Assembly (NCBI GenBank): GCA_045648325.1
Contig: JAZRNU010000039.1
Coordinates: 1 to 32,591, forward strand
Reading direction: 5' to 3'
Source of the DNA: Eubacteriales bacterium
Lineage (GTDB): Bacteria > Bacillota > Clostridia > Oscillospirales > RGIG5299
Length of the DNA stretch: 32,591 bases
Under the pieces are notes generated by a model that ran no database searches, was not told where the DNA came from, and saw nothing but the letters and a program-made list of their open reading frames with translations. Shown here in pieces: positions 10,650-19,421 of the stretch. The translations under genes were made by a program, and so were the position numbers. The stretch's first letter is position 1; each line of letters opens with the position of its first letter.

Positions 10650-11702
10650 TTATTCTGCCGAGGAAGGCTTAATATCTACCTTCCAGCCGGTAAGCTTTGC
10701 GGCAAGACGGGCGTTCTGACCCTCTTTGCCGATTGCGAGTGAAAGCTGACCGTCATCGACAACAACTCTGCAGCTCTTTAATTCGGGATTTACGTCAACC
10801 TTAAGGACCTGTGCGGGTGAAAGTGCTGCGGCAACGTATTTATCTACCTCTTCATCGTAAACGATAAGGTCGATCTTCTCGCCGTTTATTTCGTTTAAAA
10901 TGTTGGTAATTCTTGCTTTTCTGGGACCTATGCAGGCGCCGAGTGCATCAACCTCGGGAGAGGTGGAGGTGATTGCAATTTTGGTTCTTGAGCCTGCTTC
11001 TCTTGCAATGGAAACGATTTCAACGGTTCCGTCGGAGATTTCGGGAATCTCAAGCTCGAAAAGGCGGCGTACAAAGCCGGGATGAGTTCTTGAAATTACG
11101 ATTTCGTGGCCCTTGGTTTTTTCTCCGGTGGGAGCCTTAACCTCTACAACGTAGAATTTAATTCTCTGACCCTCAACCAAAACCTCACCGGGAATCTGCT
11201 CCTTTAAGGGGAGGGTGAGCTCGTGACGGCCAACCTCAAGCTTAACAGCCTGCGAACCGGGGATTATTCTCTGAACGGTGCCCGACATAAGCTCGTTCTG
11301 ACGGCCCTCGAATTCTCTTACAACAGAGCTGTCCATAGCCTCGTTGATTGCCTGAATGATAACGTTTTTACCAATCTTTGCGGCAATTCTGCCGAAATTC
11401 TTGGTTTCAAGGTTGATTTCACAAACGCCGCCGAGCTTATTTCTTCTGCTGATTGCCTTTGCATCTTCAAGAGAGATCTGGGTAATGGGATCCTCAACCT
11501 CGGTTACTATGTCTTTTGCAATAAAGAAACGCACGTTTTTCTTTTCTGCATCGAAATTGGCGCAAACGTTTTCGCCCGCAATACCTCTTTCTCTTTTTAC
11601 AGCCGCAACGATTGCCGCACGGATTTTTTCAAGCATATAATCCTTGCTTATTCCTCTTTCCTTTTCAAGTGCGTCAAGCGCTTCAAAAAATTCTTCGTTC
11701 AT
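10650..11702 (-). CDS. nusA: Transcription termination/antitermination factor NusA
   Basis: LEKERGI, FGRIAA, SRTHP, LFELEIPEI, AREAGSRTKIA and LSLAIGKEGQNARLAAKLTGWKVDI motifs. Confidence 0.97.
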   Translation of the reverse strand: MNEEFFEALDALEKERGISKDYMLEKIRAAIVAAVKRERGIAGENVCANFDAEKKNVRFFIAKDIVTEVEDPITQISLEDAKAISRRNKLGGVCEINLETKNFGRIAAKIGKNVIIQAINEAMDSSVVREFEGRQNELMSGTVQRIIPGSQAVKLEVGRHELTLPLKEQIPGEVLVEGQRIKFYVVEVKAPTGEKTKGHEIVISRTHPGFVRRLFELEIPEISDGTVEIVSIAREAGSRTKIAITSTSPEVDALGACIGPRKARITNILNEINGEKIDLIVYDEEVDKYVAAALSPAQVLKVDVNPELKSCRVVVDDGQLSLAIGKEGQNARLAAKLTGWKVDIKPSSAE

Positions 11703-11722
11703 TTTTATTCTTATCCTCCGAT

Positions 11723-12178
11723 TTAAAATTCAAAATATAAATTAAGCTTTGCAATATTTTTTCTCTCAATGTTAAGCGGGTTGCCGTCTTGTTCTGTGTA
11801 AAGTATATTTTCGTCAACGTCTTTTAAAACCGCAACCTGTGTTTTTTTGCCGTTTATTGCCTCGTAAAGCTTTACGGTTGCCTTGCTTCCGAGAAACATT
11901 TTAATCTGATCGGTATTTTTGAGAACTCTCTCAACACCGGGAGAGGAAACCTCGAGATAATAGCTTTTGTCTATCATATCAAGCTCGTCAAGAAGCGGAT
12001 CTACGTAACGGCTGTAGTTTTCACAGTCGTCTATTCCCACGCCGCCCTCTTTGTCGATATAAAGACGGAGATACCAGCTGCCTTCCTTGACAAACTCAAC
12101 GTCCCACAGCATAAGACCAAGCTCGTCTGCCGCTTTTTCGAGGTGCGGATAAAGCGCCTCGGTGATTTTTCCTGCCAT
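11723..12178 (-). CDS. rimP: Ribosome maturation factor RimP
   Basis: WDVEFVKEG, LRLYIDKEGGV, DDCE and LEVSSPGVER motifs. ATG at 12178 after AAGGAAGG. Confidence 0.96.
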   Translation of the reverse strand: MAGKITEALYPHLEKAADELGLMLWDVEFVKEGSWYLRLYIDKEGGVGIDDCENYSRYVDPLLDELDMIDKSYYLEVSSPGVERVLKNTDQIKMFLGSKATVKLYEAINGKKTQVAVLKDVDENILYTEQDGNPLNIERKNIAKLNLYFEF

Positions 12179-12218
12179 TTGCAACCTTCCTTTTCTGTTA
12201 AAACCCTTTAATAAAACT

Positions 12219-12246
12219 TTTGAGAGAGGCGGTTGCCTCTCTCAAA
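12219..12246 (-). promoter_or_regulatory. rimP-nusA-infB leader hairpin (putative attenuator)
   Basis: 12-bp perfect stem TTTGAGAGAGGC/GCCTCTCTCAAA with a 4-nt loop, between the promoter and the rimP SD, followed by AGTTTTATT. Confidence 0.7.
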
Positions 12247-12267
12247 TTTCAAGTTTATTCTGCTAAT

Positions 12268-12296
12268 ATTATATACCTATTATTACTGTTTGTCAA
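12268..12296 (-). promoter_or_regulatory. Consensus sigma-A promoter of the rimP operon
   Basis: Perfect TTGACA (12296-12291), 17-nt spacer, TATAAT (12273-12268). Confidence 0.92.
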
Positions 12297-12311
12297 GCAT
12301 TTTATGCTTTT

Positions 12312-12953
12312 TTATATCACCAAAGGTATTTTTTCGCCGCAAAGCTGCCATATTACCGCAAGATAGCCGCTTTTAACCTCTATTTCCGCCGTCTTTCCAA
12401 CAAGCTCGTTGCTTACGCCTATTGGGAAATTTGGAGAGATAACGGCGTTTTCAACCTCGTATTTAAGCCCCTTTTCGGTTACGCCGTTTGCGCTTCCGCC
12501 ATAGGCAAAAACAGAAACGGTGCCGAAAAAGTCTTTATCAAAGGAGATTTTACCGTTTCTTATAACGGTAAGCGCATAGCCGTTTCCGATAAGATAGGCA
12601 ACCGCTCCATTTTCTGCGGCGTAAGCCGCCGTGGCAATATTTGCAAAAGTGTGGTCAAGTCTTTTTCCGGTGCCGCCGTAGATAAATATCTCCTTGCAAC
12701 CGTTTTGAAGGGCGTGCTTTAAGGCGTAGTTTGTGTCGGTATCGTCCTTTTCGGTGGGGAGAATTATTTTTTCCGACGTTTTCGGAGAGCAAGCGGCAGA
12801 ATCGAGGTCGCCGATAAAGAGAGTGGGGGTTATTCCCATCTTTCTTGCATAGTCCTCGCCGCCGTCAGCCGCTATTACAATATCGTTTTCGGCGGGTAAA
12901 AGCGCAAGCTCCGTTTCCTCGCCCGCGCCGAATATAAAACAGCGTTTTTTCAT
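12312..12953 (-). CDS. thiN: Thiamine pyrophosphokinase
   Basis: AADGG, GDLDS, EKDDTD, GGTGKRLDH, GLKY and GVSN motifs. Confidence 0.94.
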   Translation of the reverse strand: MKKRCFIFGAGEETELALLPAENDIVIAADGGEDYARKMGITPTLFIGDLDSAACSPKTSEKIILPTEKDDTDTNYALKHALQNGCKEIFIYGGTGKRLDHTFANIATAAYAAENGAVAYLIGNGYALTVIRNGKISFDKDFFGTVSVFAYGGSANGVTEKGLKYEVENAVISPNFPIGVSNELVGKTAEIEVKSGYLAVIWQLCGEKIPLVI

Positions 12954-15900
12954 TTACTCACCGGCCTTCAGTGATTCAACCATATCTATTTTTCTGATTT
13001 TGGGGTACATAATTACGTTTACAAATACCGCAAAAAGGATTGAAAGCGCCGCGGAAACCATAAACGACGAGGTTTCTATTTCACGCGCAAACATTACCGC
13101 ATCTACCTCTGCCGTTCTTATTACGAAGGCGTGAAGGGCAATGCCCAGTAAAAGTCCCACCGCGGTGCCTATAACGCTTAAAATCAGCGTTTCTCTTGAC
13201 ATATAGCTGTAGGTCTCTCTGCCTGTAAATCCAAGCACCTTGAGGGTTGCTATTTCGCGCTTGCGCTCCGTAATATTTATGTTTATCAGATTATAAAGCA
13301 CAATGAATGCAAGCATTGCCGCCGAAACTATAAGCACCCATACGATGCTGTCGATGCTTTTTAACGATTCGCCGAAGGTCTGTGCTATCTCATCGTAATA
13401 AAGCGACATCGTAACCTTTCCGCTTCCGTAAAGAGTTTCGGAAAGACCGTCGCGAAGCTCCTTTTCACCGTATGCCGCCGCAACGACAGTGGTCATTTTT
13501 ATATCCTCGGAAAAGGCATTGGCATAAAGCTCAGGAGAGATATACACAACGTAGGAAACATAGTTTTCGGTAATGCCCGTTACGGTAAGATCTGCGGTTT
13601 TGCCGTTTGAATTTTTAACGGTTATTTTACCTCCAACGCCGACACCGAGCTGTTCCGAAAGCTTTTCGCAGATTACAACAGAATCACTTGCAAGCTCAAT
13701 ATTTTCCTTTGTTTTGCGGTTTTTCAAAACAACGAAGTGGCGGAAATTGGAAATATCCTCGGGAGCGGTAACAGTTACCGAAATCGTCTTATCACCGACC
13801 GAAGCATCTGCCGTTTCGTTTCCGAGCCTCATAAACTTGAGCACGCCGTTTTCGTAAAGAATATTTGCAACCTTGTTAAAGGAGGTATCGCCATTGTCGC
13901 TTCCCTCCTCGAGCCCTACCGTGAGGTTGTATTTATAGATCATATCGAACTGACGGGGGATCATCGCGTCGATGGAATCTTTAAGTCCGAAGCCCGTTAC
14001 GAGAAGCGCGGTGCAGCCCGCAACGCCCATAACGGTTAAGATAAAACGCTTTTTGTAGCGGAAAAGGTTTCTAATAGTTACCTTTTTGCTGAAGCTGATA
14101 TGCTTCCAGATAAAGCCTATTCTCTCAAGCAGCACTCTTTTTCCGGGGGCGGGAGCCTTTGGCAAAAAGAGGGTGGAGGGAGAGCTTTTAAGGGTGCCGT
14201 TTACCGCAATAACGGTGGCGCCGACCGTGCAGACTGCCATTGCAAAAAATGCAACGGAGGCGTAATATACGTTAAATCCCGAAATAAGCTTGGGAAGATC
14301 GTACATAATCGTATAGACGTTCCAGATTATCGTGGGAAATACCTTAAAGCCAACCGAAAGGCCCAAAACCGAGCCGCCCACGGTTGCCGCCATTGCATAA
14401 AGTCCGTATTTGAAGCGGATTGAATTATCGGAATATCCAAGCGCTTTAAGGGTGCCTATCTGTCCTCTTTGCTCTTCAACCATTCTCGTCATGGTGGTAA
14501 GTGCAACGAAGGCGGCAATGAAGAAGAAAAAGATGGGAAATATTTTGGCTATTGCATTTATCTTTTCAACGTTTGATGCAAAGCTTGAAGCCGAAACACT
14601 CTGATCTCTTCCGAGGAAATACCACTTCGGAGCCTCGGAGGTTGCCAAAAGCTCTTCTGCATCGGCAATATCCTTTTCTGCATTTGCAAATTCGTTTTCT
14701 ATTTTTGCCTTTTCGTCAAGGTAGGCGTAATAGCTTTCGTTAAGCTCGTCAACTGCATTCAAATAGGCGTTTTCGTTTTTGGTAAGAGCGTTGCTTTGCT
14801 TGTCAAGCTCATTTTTCATAGGATCAAGCGCCGCTACCTCTGCCTCGTGAGTTGCCAAAAGCACCTCGTTTTCAACTCTTAACTCCTCGGCTCGTGCAAG
14901 TAAAAGTGCATATTGCTCCTCGTATCCCTCTGCAGTCTTATCAAGGGCGGCAATCTGTGATGCAACGGTTGCCGATTCGTTATCGTTCTGAAGCTTTGCG
15001 ATTTCGTATTTGTTTTTGCTCTCGGTTACGAGAGTGTTATATTGCTTATACTGCTCGTTTAATGCGTTTCTTGCATTTTTGAGCTGCTTTGAGGTGTTAT
15101 CGAGCTTTGATACAGCAGAAGCAAACTCCGACTCTGCCTTTTCAAACTCAGCGTTAGCTTCTTCGCGTTTTTGCGAAAGCTCGAGCTTTCCTTCGGAAAT
15201 CTTATCGGAAAGCATTTCTCTGTATTCATCGTAGCGTGCCTCAATGCGAAGCTCGGAAACCGGCTTTAGCATATCGGTAAATTTTTCAACCTCGTCAAAA
15301 TATCTTTCCGAGGTGGAAATTGCCTTATCTGAAAGTGAGAGGGTTAAAAAAACGTCGGTTTTCACTTCAAGGCTGAAGGCTTCCTCTACTGTATAAACGA
15401 AAATATCAACGTTTCCGCTTCCCACGGAGGTGGTTTCGTTTTCAACGGAGAAATAGCGAGGTGACGAAACAACGCCCACTACCGTAAGGGTTACGGTTTC
15501 CTCACCGAAGGTGTCCTTTTCACCCGAAACGGTTATTTCAGTACCTATGACACTTTCGTCTGCCACCGCGTTGTGAACCGTAATAACGCATTCTCCCTTG
15601 GTTTTGGGCATTCTTCCGTAAATGACCTCAAGGCTGTTTATATAGTTGCCGTTTTCGCCTGACAAATCATTCGGAAGCGATTCGACTCGCGCAACGCATT
15701 TTTCGTTATTGAATTCCGCCTTTACGTCTTTGCTGTATGCGGCGTAAAGATTTTTCACTCCGCTTATTTCCTTTATGGCGGCAATATCGTCTTCATCAAA
15801 GCCAAATGTGGAAACAAGACGAAGATCCATAAAGTTGGTTTCTTTATAATAGCTGTCTATTGAATTTCTCATTGCGGGAGTGGTTGCCAAAAGGCCCGCC

Positions 15901-15998
15901 AAAAAGCCCGTACCGAGTGCAACGATAAGGAAAATGGCTATGAAGCGGTTAAAGCTTTTGTATATTTCGCAAATCGACAGCTTGAAAAGCTTCTTCAA
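12954..15998 (-). CDS. Large FtsX/MacB-like ABC transporter permease with coiled-coil ectodomain
   Basis: Two FtsX-type halves (EEQRGQIGTLKALGY; ERKREIATLKVLGF), an E/K/A-rich helical insert at about aa 260-455, and a C-terminal IDMVESLK. Confidence 0.9.
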   Translation of the reverse strand: MKKLFKLSICEIYKSFNRFIAIFLIVALGTGFLAGLLATTPAMRNSIDSYYKETNFMDLRLVSTFGFDEDDIAAIKEISGVKNLYAAYSKDVKAEFNNEKCVARVESLPNDLSGENGNYINSLEVIYGRMPKTKGECVITVHNAVADESVIGTEITVSGEKDTFGEETVTLTVVGVVSSPRYFSVENETTSVGSGNVDIFVYTVEEAFSLEVKTDVFLTLSLSDKAISTSERYFDEVEKFTDMLKPVSELRIEARYDEYREMLSDKISEGKLELSQKREEANAEFEKAESEFASAVSKLDNTSKQLKNARNALNEQYKQYNTLVTESKNKYEIAKLQNDNESATVASQIAALDKTAEGYEEQYALLLARAEELRVENEVLLATHEAEVAALDPMKNELDKQSNALTKNENAYLNAVDELNESYYAYLDEKAKIENEFANAEKDIADAEELLATSEAPKWYFLGRDQSVSASSFASNVEKINAIAKIFPIFFFFIAAFVALTTMTRMVEEQRGQIGTLKALGYSDNSIRFKYGLYAMAATVGGSVLGLSVGFKVFPTIIWNVYTIMYDLPKLISGFNVYYASVAFFAMAVCTVGATVIAVNGTLKSSPSTLFLPKAPAPGKRVLLERIGFIWKHISFSKKVTIRNLFRYKKRFILTVMGVAGCTALLVTGFGLKDSIDAMIPRQFDMIYKYNLTVGLEEGSDNGDTSFNKVANILYENGVLKFMRLGNETADASVGDKTISVTVTAPEDISNFRHFVVLKNRKTKENIELASDSVVICEKLSEQLGVGVGGKITVKNSNGKTADLTVTGITENYVSYVVYISPELYANAFSEDIKMTTVVAAAYGEKELRDGLSETLYGSGKVTMSLYYDEIAQTFGESLKSIDSIVWVLIVSAAMLAFIVLYNLININITERKREIATLKVLGFTGRETYSYMSRETLILSVIGTAVGLLLGIALHAFVIRTAEVDAVMFAREIETSSFMVSAALSILFAVFVNVIMYPKIRKIDMVESLKAGE

Positions 15999-16700
15999 TT
16001 ACCATTCAATCCTTTCGATGGGGGTAGGATTATCGTTTATCTCAACCGATTCCACCTTGCCGTTTTTGATTTTTATTACTCGGTCAGCCATTGCCGTAAC
16101 GGCGTTGTTATGAGTTATTACGATTACCGTTTTGCCCGTCTGCTTGCAGGTATCGTGCAAAAGCTTTAAAATGCTTTTGCCCGTGACGTAATCAAGCGCA
16201 CCGGTGGGTTCGTCGCAAAGAAGAATTTTGGGATTTTTTGCAAGTGCTCTTGCTATTGCAACTCTCTGCTGCTCGCCGCCCGAAAGCTGTGCGGGAAAGT
16301 TTTTCATTCTCTCCTCAAGTCCAACGGATTTAAGAACGTCTGCGGGAGTAAGAGGATCATCGCAAAGATCGGTGGCAATTTCAACGTTTTCAAGTGCGGT
16401 GAGATTCTGAATGAGATTATAAAACTGGAAAACAAAGCCGACGTCGTAACGGCGATAGTCAACGAGCTTTTTTCTTTTGAGAGCCGATATTTCAACTCCG
16501 TCGAGCATTATTTTTCCGCCGTCTGCGCTGTCCATTCCTCCAAGCAGGTTCAAAACGGTGGTTTTGCCCGCACCGGAGGGGCCGCAAATAACGCAGAATT
16601 CACCCTTCTCTATTTCAAAGGAGACTCCGTCGGACGCTGCAATTTTCACAGTGCCCGTTTTATATATTTTCGTTACCTCTTCAAAGGATATAAACGACAT
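15999..16700 (-). CDS. ABC transporter ATP-binding protein (LolD/MacB-like)
   Basis: Walker A GPSGAGKTT, signature LSGGEQQR, Walker B ILLCDEPTGALD and H-loop ITHN. Confidence 0.96.
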   Translation of the reverse strand: MSFISFEEVTKIYKTGTVKIAASDGVSFEIEKGEFCVICGPSGAGKTTVLNLLGGMDSADGGKIMLDGVEISALKRKKLVDYRRYDVGFVFQFYNLIQNLTALENVEIATDLCDDPLTPADVLKSVGLEERMKNFPAQLSGGEQQRVAIARALAKNPKILLCDEPTGALDYVTGKSILKLLHDTCKQTGKTVIVITHNNAVTAMADRVIKIKNGKVESVEINDNPTPIERIEW

Positions 16701-16742
16701 TTCTAATTTCCTCGCTTTTTTACGTCTTTTGGTTTACCTTAT

Positions 16743-16772
16743 ATTATAACTCTTTTTAACGGCGGTTGTCAA
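16743..16772 (-). promoter_or_regulatory. sigma-A promoter of the ABC/thiN operon
   Basis: TTGACA (16772-16767), 18-nt spacer, TATAAT (16748-16743). Confidence 0.8.
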
Positions 16773-16842
16773 TTTTATGTGGGATATAAATAAGATTTTT
16801 TTAATAATTAACGCATATTTGAAAATTTTCGTTAATAGATTA

Positions 16843-16871
16843 TTTACAAAATGTTTTTTTTGTTGTATAAT
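16843..16871 (+). promoter_or_regulatory. sigma-A promoter of the E2-like gene (divergent)
   Basis: TTTACA (16843-16848), 17-nt spacer, TATAAT (16866-16871). Confidence 0.78.
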
Positions 16872-16905
16872 AATGTAGAATATTGTTGAATCGGAGATGA
16901 TAATC

Positions 16906-17769
16906 TTGGCAAAAAGACCCGACGGAAGAATTGTTAAAAATATCGAGCCCTTGCAGAAGATCACCCCCTATCTTATGAAAAAACGCTATGACAGTCAGAA
17001 TATGATAAAAACCACCTATGACTGCAAGCCGCTTGATGACTATATTGCAGAAAAAGCAAAAGAGGGCATTGAAGTAAGCTATATGCAGATACTTATGGCC
17101 GCTATGATAAGGACCATTGCTCTTCGTCCTCAGTTAAACCGCTTCGTTATGAACGGAAGAATTTACACCCGTTTTGATATTACCACAAGCTTCGTTATCC
17201 ATCGCTCTCTTCGCGAGGGCTCAACCGATGACGGCGGCACCGACCTCAAGCTTCATTTCAAAGGCACCGAATCTATTTTTGATATTATAAAGGTTATCGA
17301 CGATGCGATTGACGAAAACCGTCACAACGAGGCAAACGGCACCGACGAGCTTGCAAAGGTGCTTATGAGCATTCCCTCTTTTCTCATAAAGGGTGTTGTA
17401 AATCTTCTTATGTGGATGGACAGAAAGAGCATTTTACCCAAGGCAATTATTGATTTAAGTCCCTTCCACACCTCGTTTTTCGTTACAAACGTAAAATCTA
17501 TCGGTCTTGAATATATTTACCATCACGTTTACGAGTTCGGTACCACCGGTCTTTTCCTTGCTTTGGGCAAAGAAAAAACCGTTCCCGTTATCGACAAGAA
17601 TACCGGTGAGGTCGTAAAGAGCAAGCAGCTTGAAATCGGTATGGTTTCCGATGAAAGATTCTGCGACGGTCTTTATTTTGCAAGATCTATAAAGCTCTTC
17701 AAAAAGTTCATGAGCAACCCCGCACTTTTGGAAACTCCGCTTGATGCGAAGGTTGAAGACGTAAAATAA
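16906..17769 (+). CDS. Stand-alone 2-oxoacid dehydrogenase acyltransferase (E2/CAT-like) catalytic-domain protein
   Basis: RPQLNRFV, TSFFVTNVKSIG and C-terminal SDERFCDG, matching the E2 DHRxxDG position. No lipoyl domain. TTG start at 16906 has a properly spaced GGAG, whereas ATG 16897 abuts the SD. Confidence 0.75.
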   Translation: MAKRPDGRIVKNIEPLQKITPYLMKKRYDSQNMIKTTYDCKPLDDYIAEKAKEGIEVSYMQILMAAMIRTIALRPQLNRFVMNGRIYTRFDITTSFVIHRSLREGSTDDGGTDLKLHFKGTESIFDIIKVIDDAIDENRHNEANGTDELAKVLMSIPSFLIKGVVNLLMWMDRKSILPKAIIDLSPFHTSFFVTNVKSIGLEYIYHHVYEFGTTGLFLALGKEKTVPVIDKNTGEVVKSKQLEIGMVSDERFCDGLYFARSIKLFKKFMSNPALLETPLDAKVEDVK

Positions 17770-17772
17770 TTC

Positions 17773-17801
17773 TTTTCCCGCACTCTAACGGTGCGGGAAA
17801 A
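17773..17801. terminator. Intergenic hairpin (weak terminator or mRNA-stabilising stem)
   Basis: 11-bp stem TTTTCCCGCAC/GTGCGGGAAAA with no U-tract downstream on the + strand. Confidence 0.55.
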
Positions 17802-17823
17802 TTATCGTAAGAGAGGAAATTAT

Positions 17824-19416
17824 ATGGATTTCAAAAACACCCTTAAAAATCATTCGAAATTTATATTTTCTTTTGTTTTTATTCCGGCTCTGGCAGGCGT
17901 TTTCTGCGGCGCAGTGGTTTTTCTTTTCAAGGTGGCCGCTGGATTTGTTATTGAAAAATCGCACTTTATCTATTCAATGGCAAAGGCAAGCGTTCTTTCG
18001 ATGATTGCTTTTTTTGCAATCGTTGCGCTTCTTTCGTTTATTTCGGCGTTTATTTTAAACAGAGTGCCCGATGCGCGCGGAGGCGGTATTCCCTCAGCTG
18101 TTACCATTTTAAGAGGTCTTGTAAGATTTTCATGGTGGAAATCGCTTATTTTCACCTTCTTTTCCTCGCTTATTACCTTCTTTTCGGGGCTTCCTCTCGG
18201 AAATGAGGGTCCGAGTGTACAGATGGGCGCCGCAATTGGTAAAATGACGGTGCGAATGTTTGGAAGCAAGCACAAGGCGCTTGACCGTTACGTTATGACG
18301 GGCGGTGCGAGTGCGGGCTTTGCGGTTGCCACCGGCGCTCCCGTTGCAGGCGTTTTCTTTGCTTTGGAGGAGGCACACCGCAGATTTACCCCCACCATTC
18401 TTATTACCGCAACGGTAAGCGTTATGGCGGGATTTTTCACCGCAGGCGTTTTGGAGTCAGTTACAGGCATTGTCAACTCACCCCTTGTCTTCCCCGTTCC
18501 CGCTTACATTCCCTTTTCGCAGTGCTGGCTTCCCATTGTAATCGGTATTTTTTCGGGACTTCTGGCAATAGGCGTTTATTACGTTTTCGGTTTCGGAAGA
18601 AAGGTAAGACGTGTAACAAAGAAAATAAACTATTATCTCAAGTATTTTATAATTTTTACCGTTACTGCGGCAACAGGGCTTTTCGTACCCTACGTAACCG
18701 GCACCGGACATGAGATAATTGAAGTTCTTTTTGAGATAAGCCCCGCGTGGTATCTCCTTGCGGGAGTGCTTATTTTAAGATGTATTTTCGCTTCCACCGC
18801 AAATAATCTCGGTGTTACGGGCGGTCTTTTCGTTCCTCTTATTGCATTTGGTGCCATTGGCGGTGCGCTTACGGCAAAGATACTTGCTTCACTTGGATTT
18901 ATTGATCCCTCTATGACTGCCACCGTTATCGTTATGTCGGTTGCCGCTTTTCTCGGAGCCGCTTTGAAAACACCTATTACGGCAATTATATTCATAACCG
19001 AAATTTCCGGCTCGGTTGTAAATCTCGGATATACCATGCTTGCAGTGCTTACCGCCTACGGACTTCTTGAGCTTTTGGGCATTTCCTCAACTAACGATAT
19101 TGTTATTGAGTCTAAAATCGCAAAAATCAACAAGGATAAGAAAAAGGTTTCGGGCGAGGCTGCTCTTGTTGTTATGAACGATTCCTACGTTATTGGCAGA
19201 GAGCCCAGAGATATTTTGTGGCCCAACTCCTGCTTTGTGCTTGGCGTTAAGGGAAATTCAGGCAAGCACAGCGCTTATTTTGCAGAGGGTGACGTTATTA
19301 CCTTCAGATTTGATACCTTTGATATTGAAAGAATACGCCGTGAGCTTATTGAGCTTCTCGGAGAGCAGGAGCTTCCCAAGGAGCTTTTCTCCGAAGATGA
19401 ATTAACTGTAAAATAA
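17824..19416 (+). CDS. ClC family anion channel/antiporter with C-terminal RCK_C/TrkA-C-like domain
   Basis: GGGIP, LGNEGPSVQMG, GAPVAGVFFALEE, GGLFVP and KTPITA motifs. ATG at 17824 after GAGAGG. Confidence 0.9.
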   Translation: MDFKNTLKNHSKFIFSFVFIPALAGVFCGAVVFLFKVAAGFVIEKSHFIYSMAKASVLSMIAFFAIVALLSFISAFILNRVPDARGGGIPSAVTILRGLVRFSWWKSLIFTFFSSLITFFSGLPLGNEGPSVQMGAAIGKMTVRMFGSKHKALDRYVMTGGASAGFAVATGAPVAGVFFALEEAHRRFTPTILITATVSVMAGFFTAGVLESVTGIVNSPLVFPVPAYIPFSQCWLPIVIGIFSGLLAIGVYYVFGFGRKVRRVTKKINYYLKYFIIFTVTAATGLFVPYVTGTGHEIIEVLFEISPAWYLLAGVLILRCIFASTANNLGVTGGLFVPLIAFGAIGGALTAKILASLGFIDPSMTATVIVMSVAAFLGAALKTPITAIIFITEISGSVVNLGYTMLAVLTAYGLLELLGISSTNDIVIESKIAKINKDKKKVSGEAALVVMNDSYVIGREPRDILWPNSCFVLGVKGNSGKHSAYFAEGDVITFRFDTFDIERIRRELIELLGEQELPKELFSEDELTVK

Positions 19417-19421
19417 AAGAT

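Noticed and set aside
14640-15210. Low-complexity helical insert in the ABC permease as a possible inserted element
   Set aside because: Coiled-coil ectodomains are usual in this permease family, and I see no nucleotide-level tandem repeat or intein motif.
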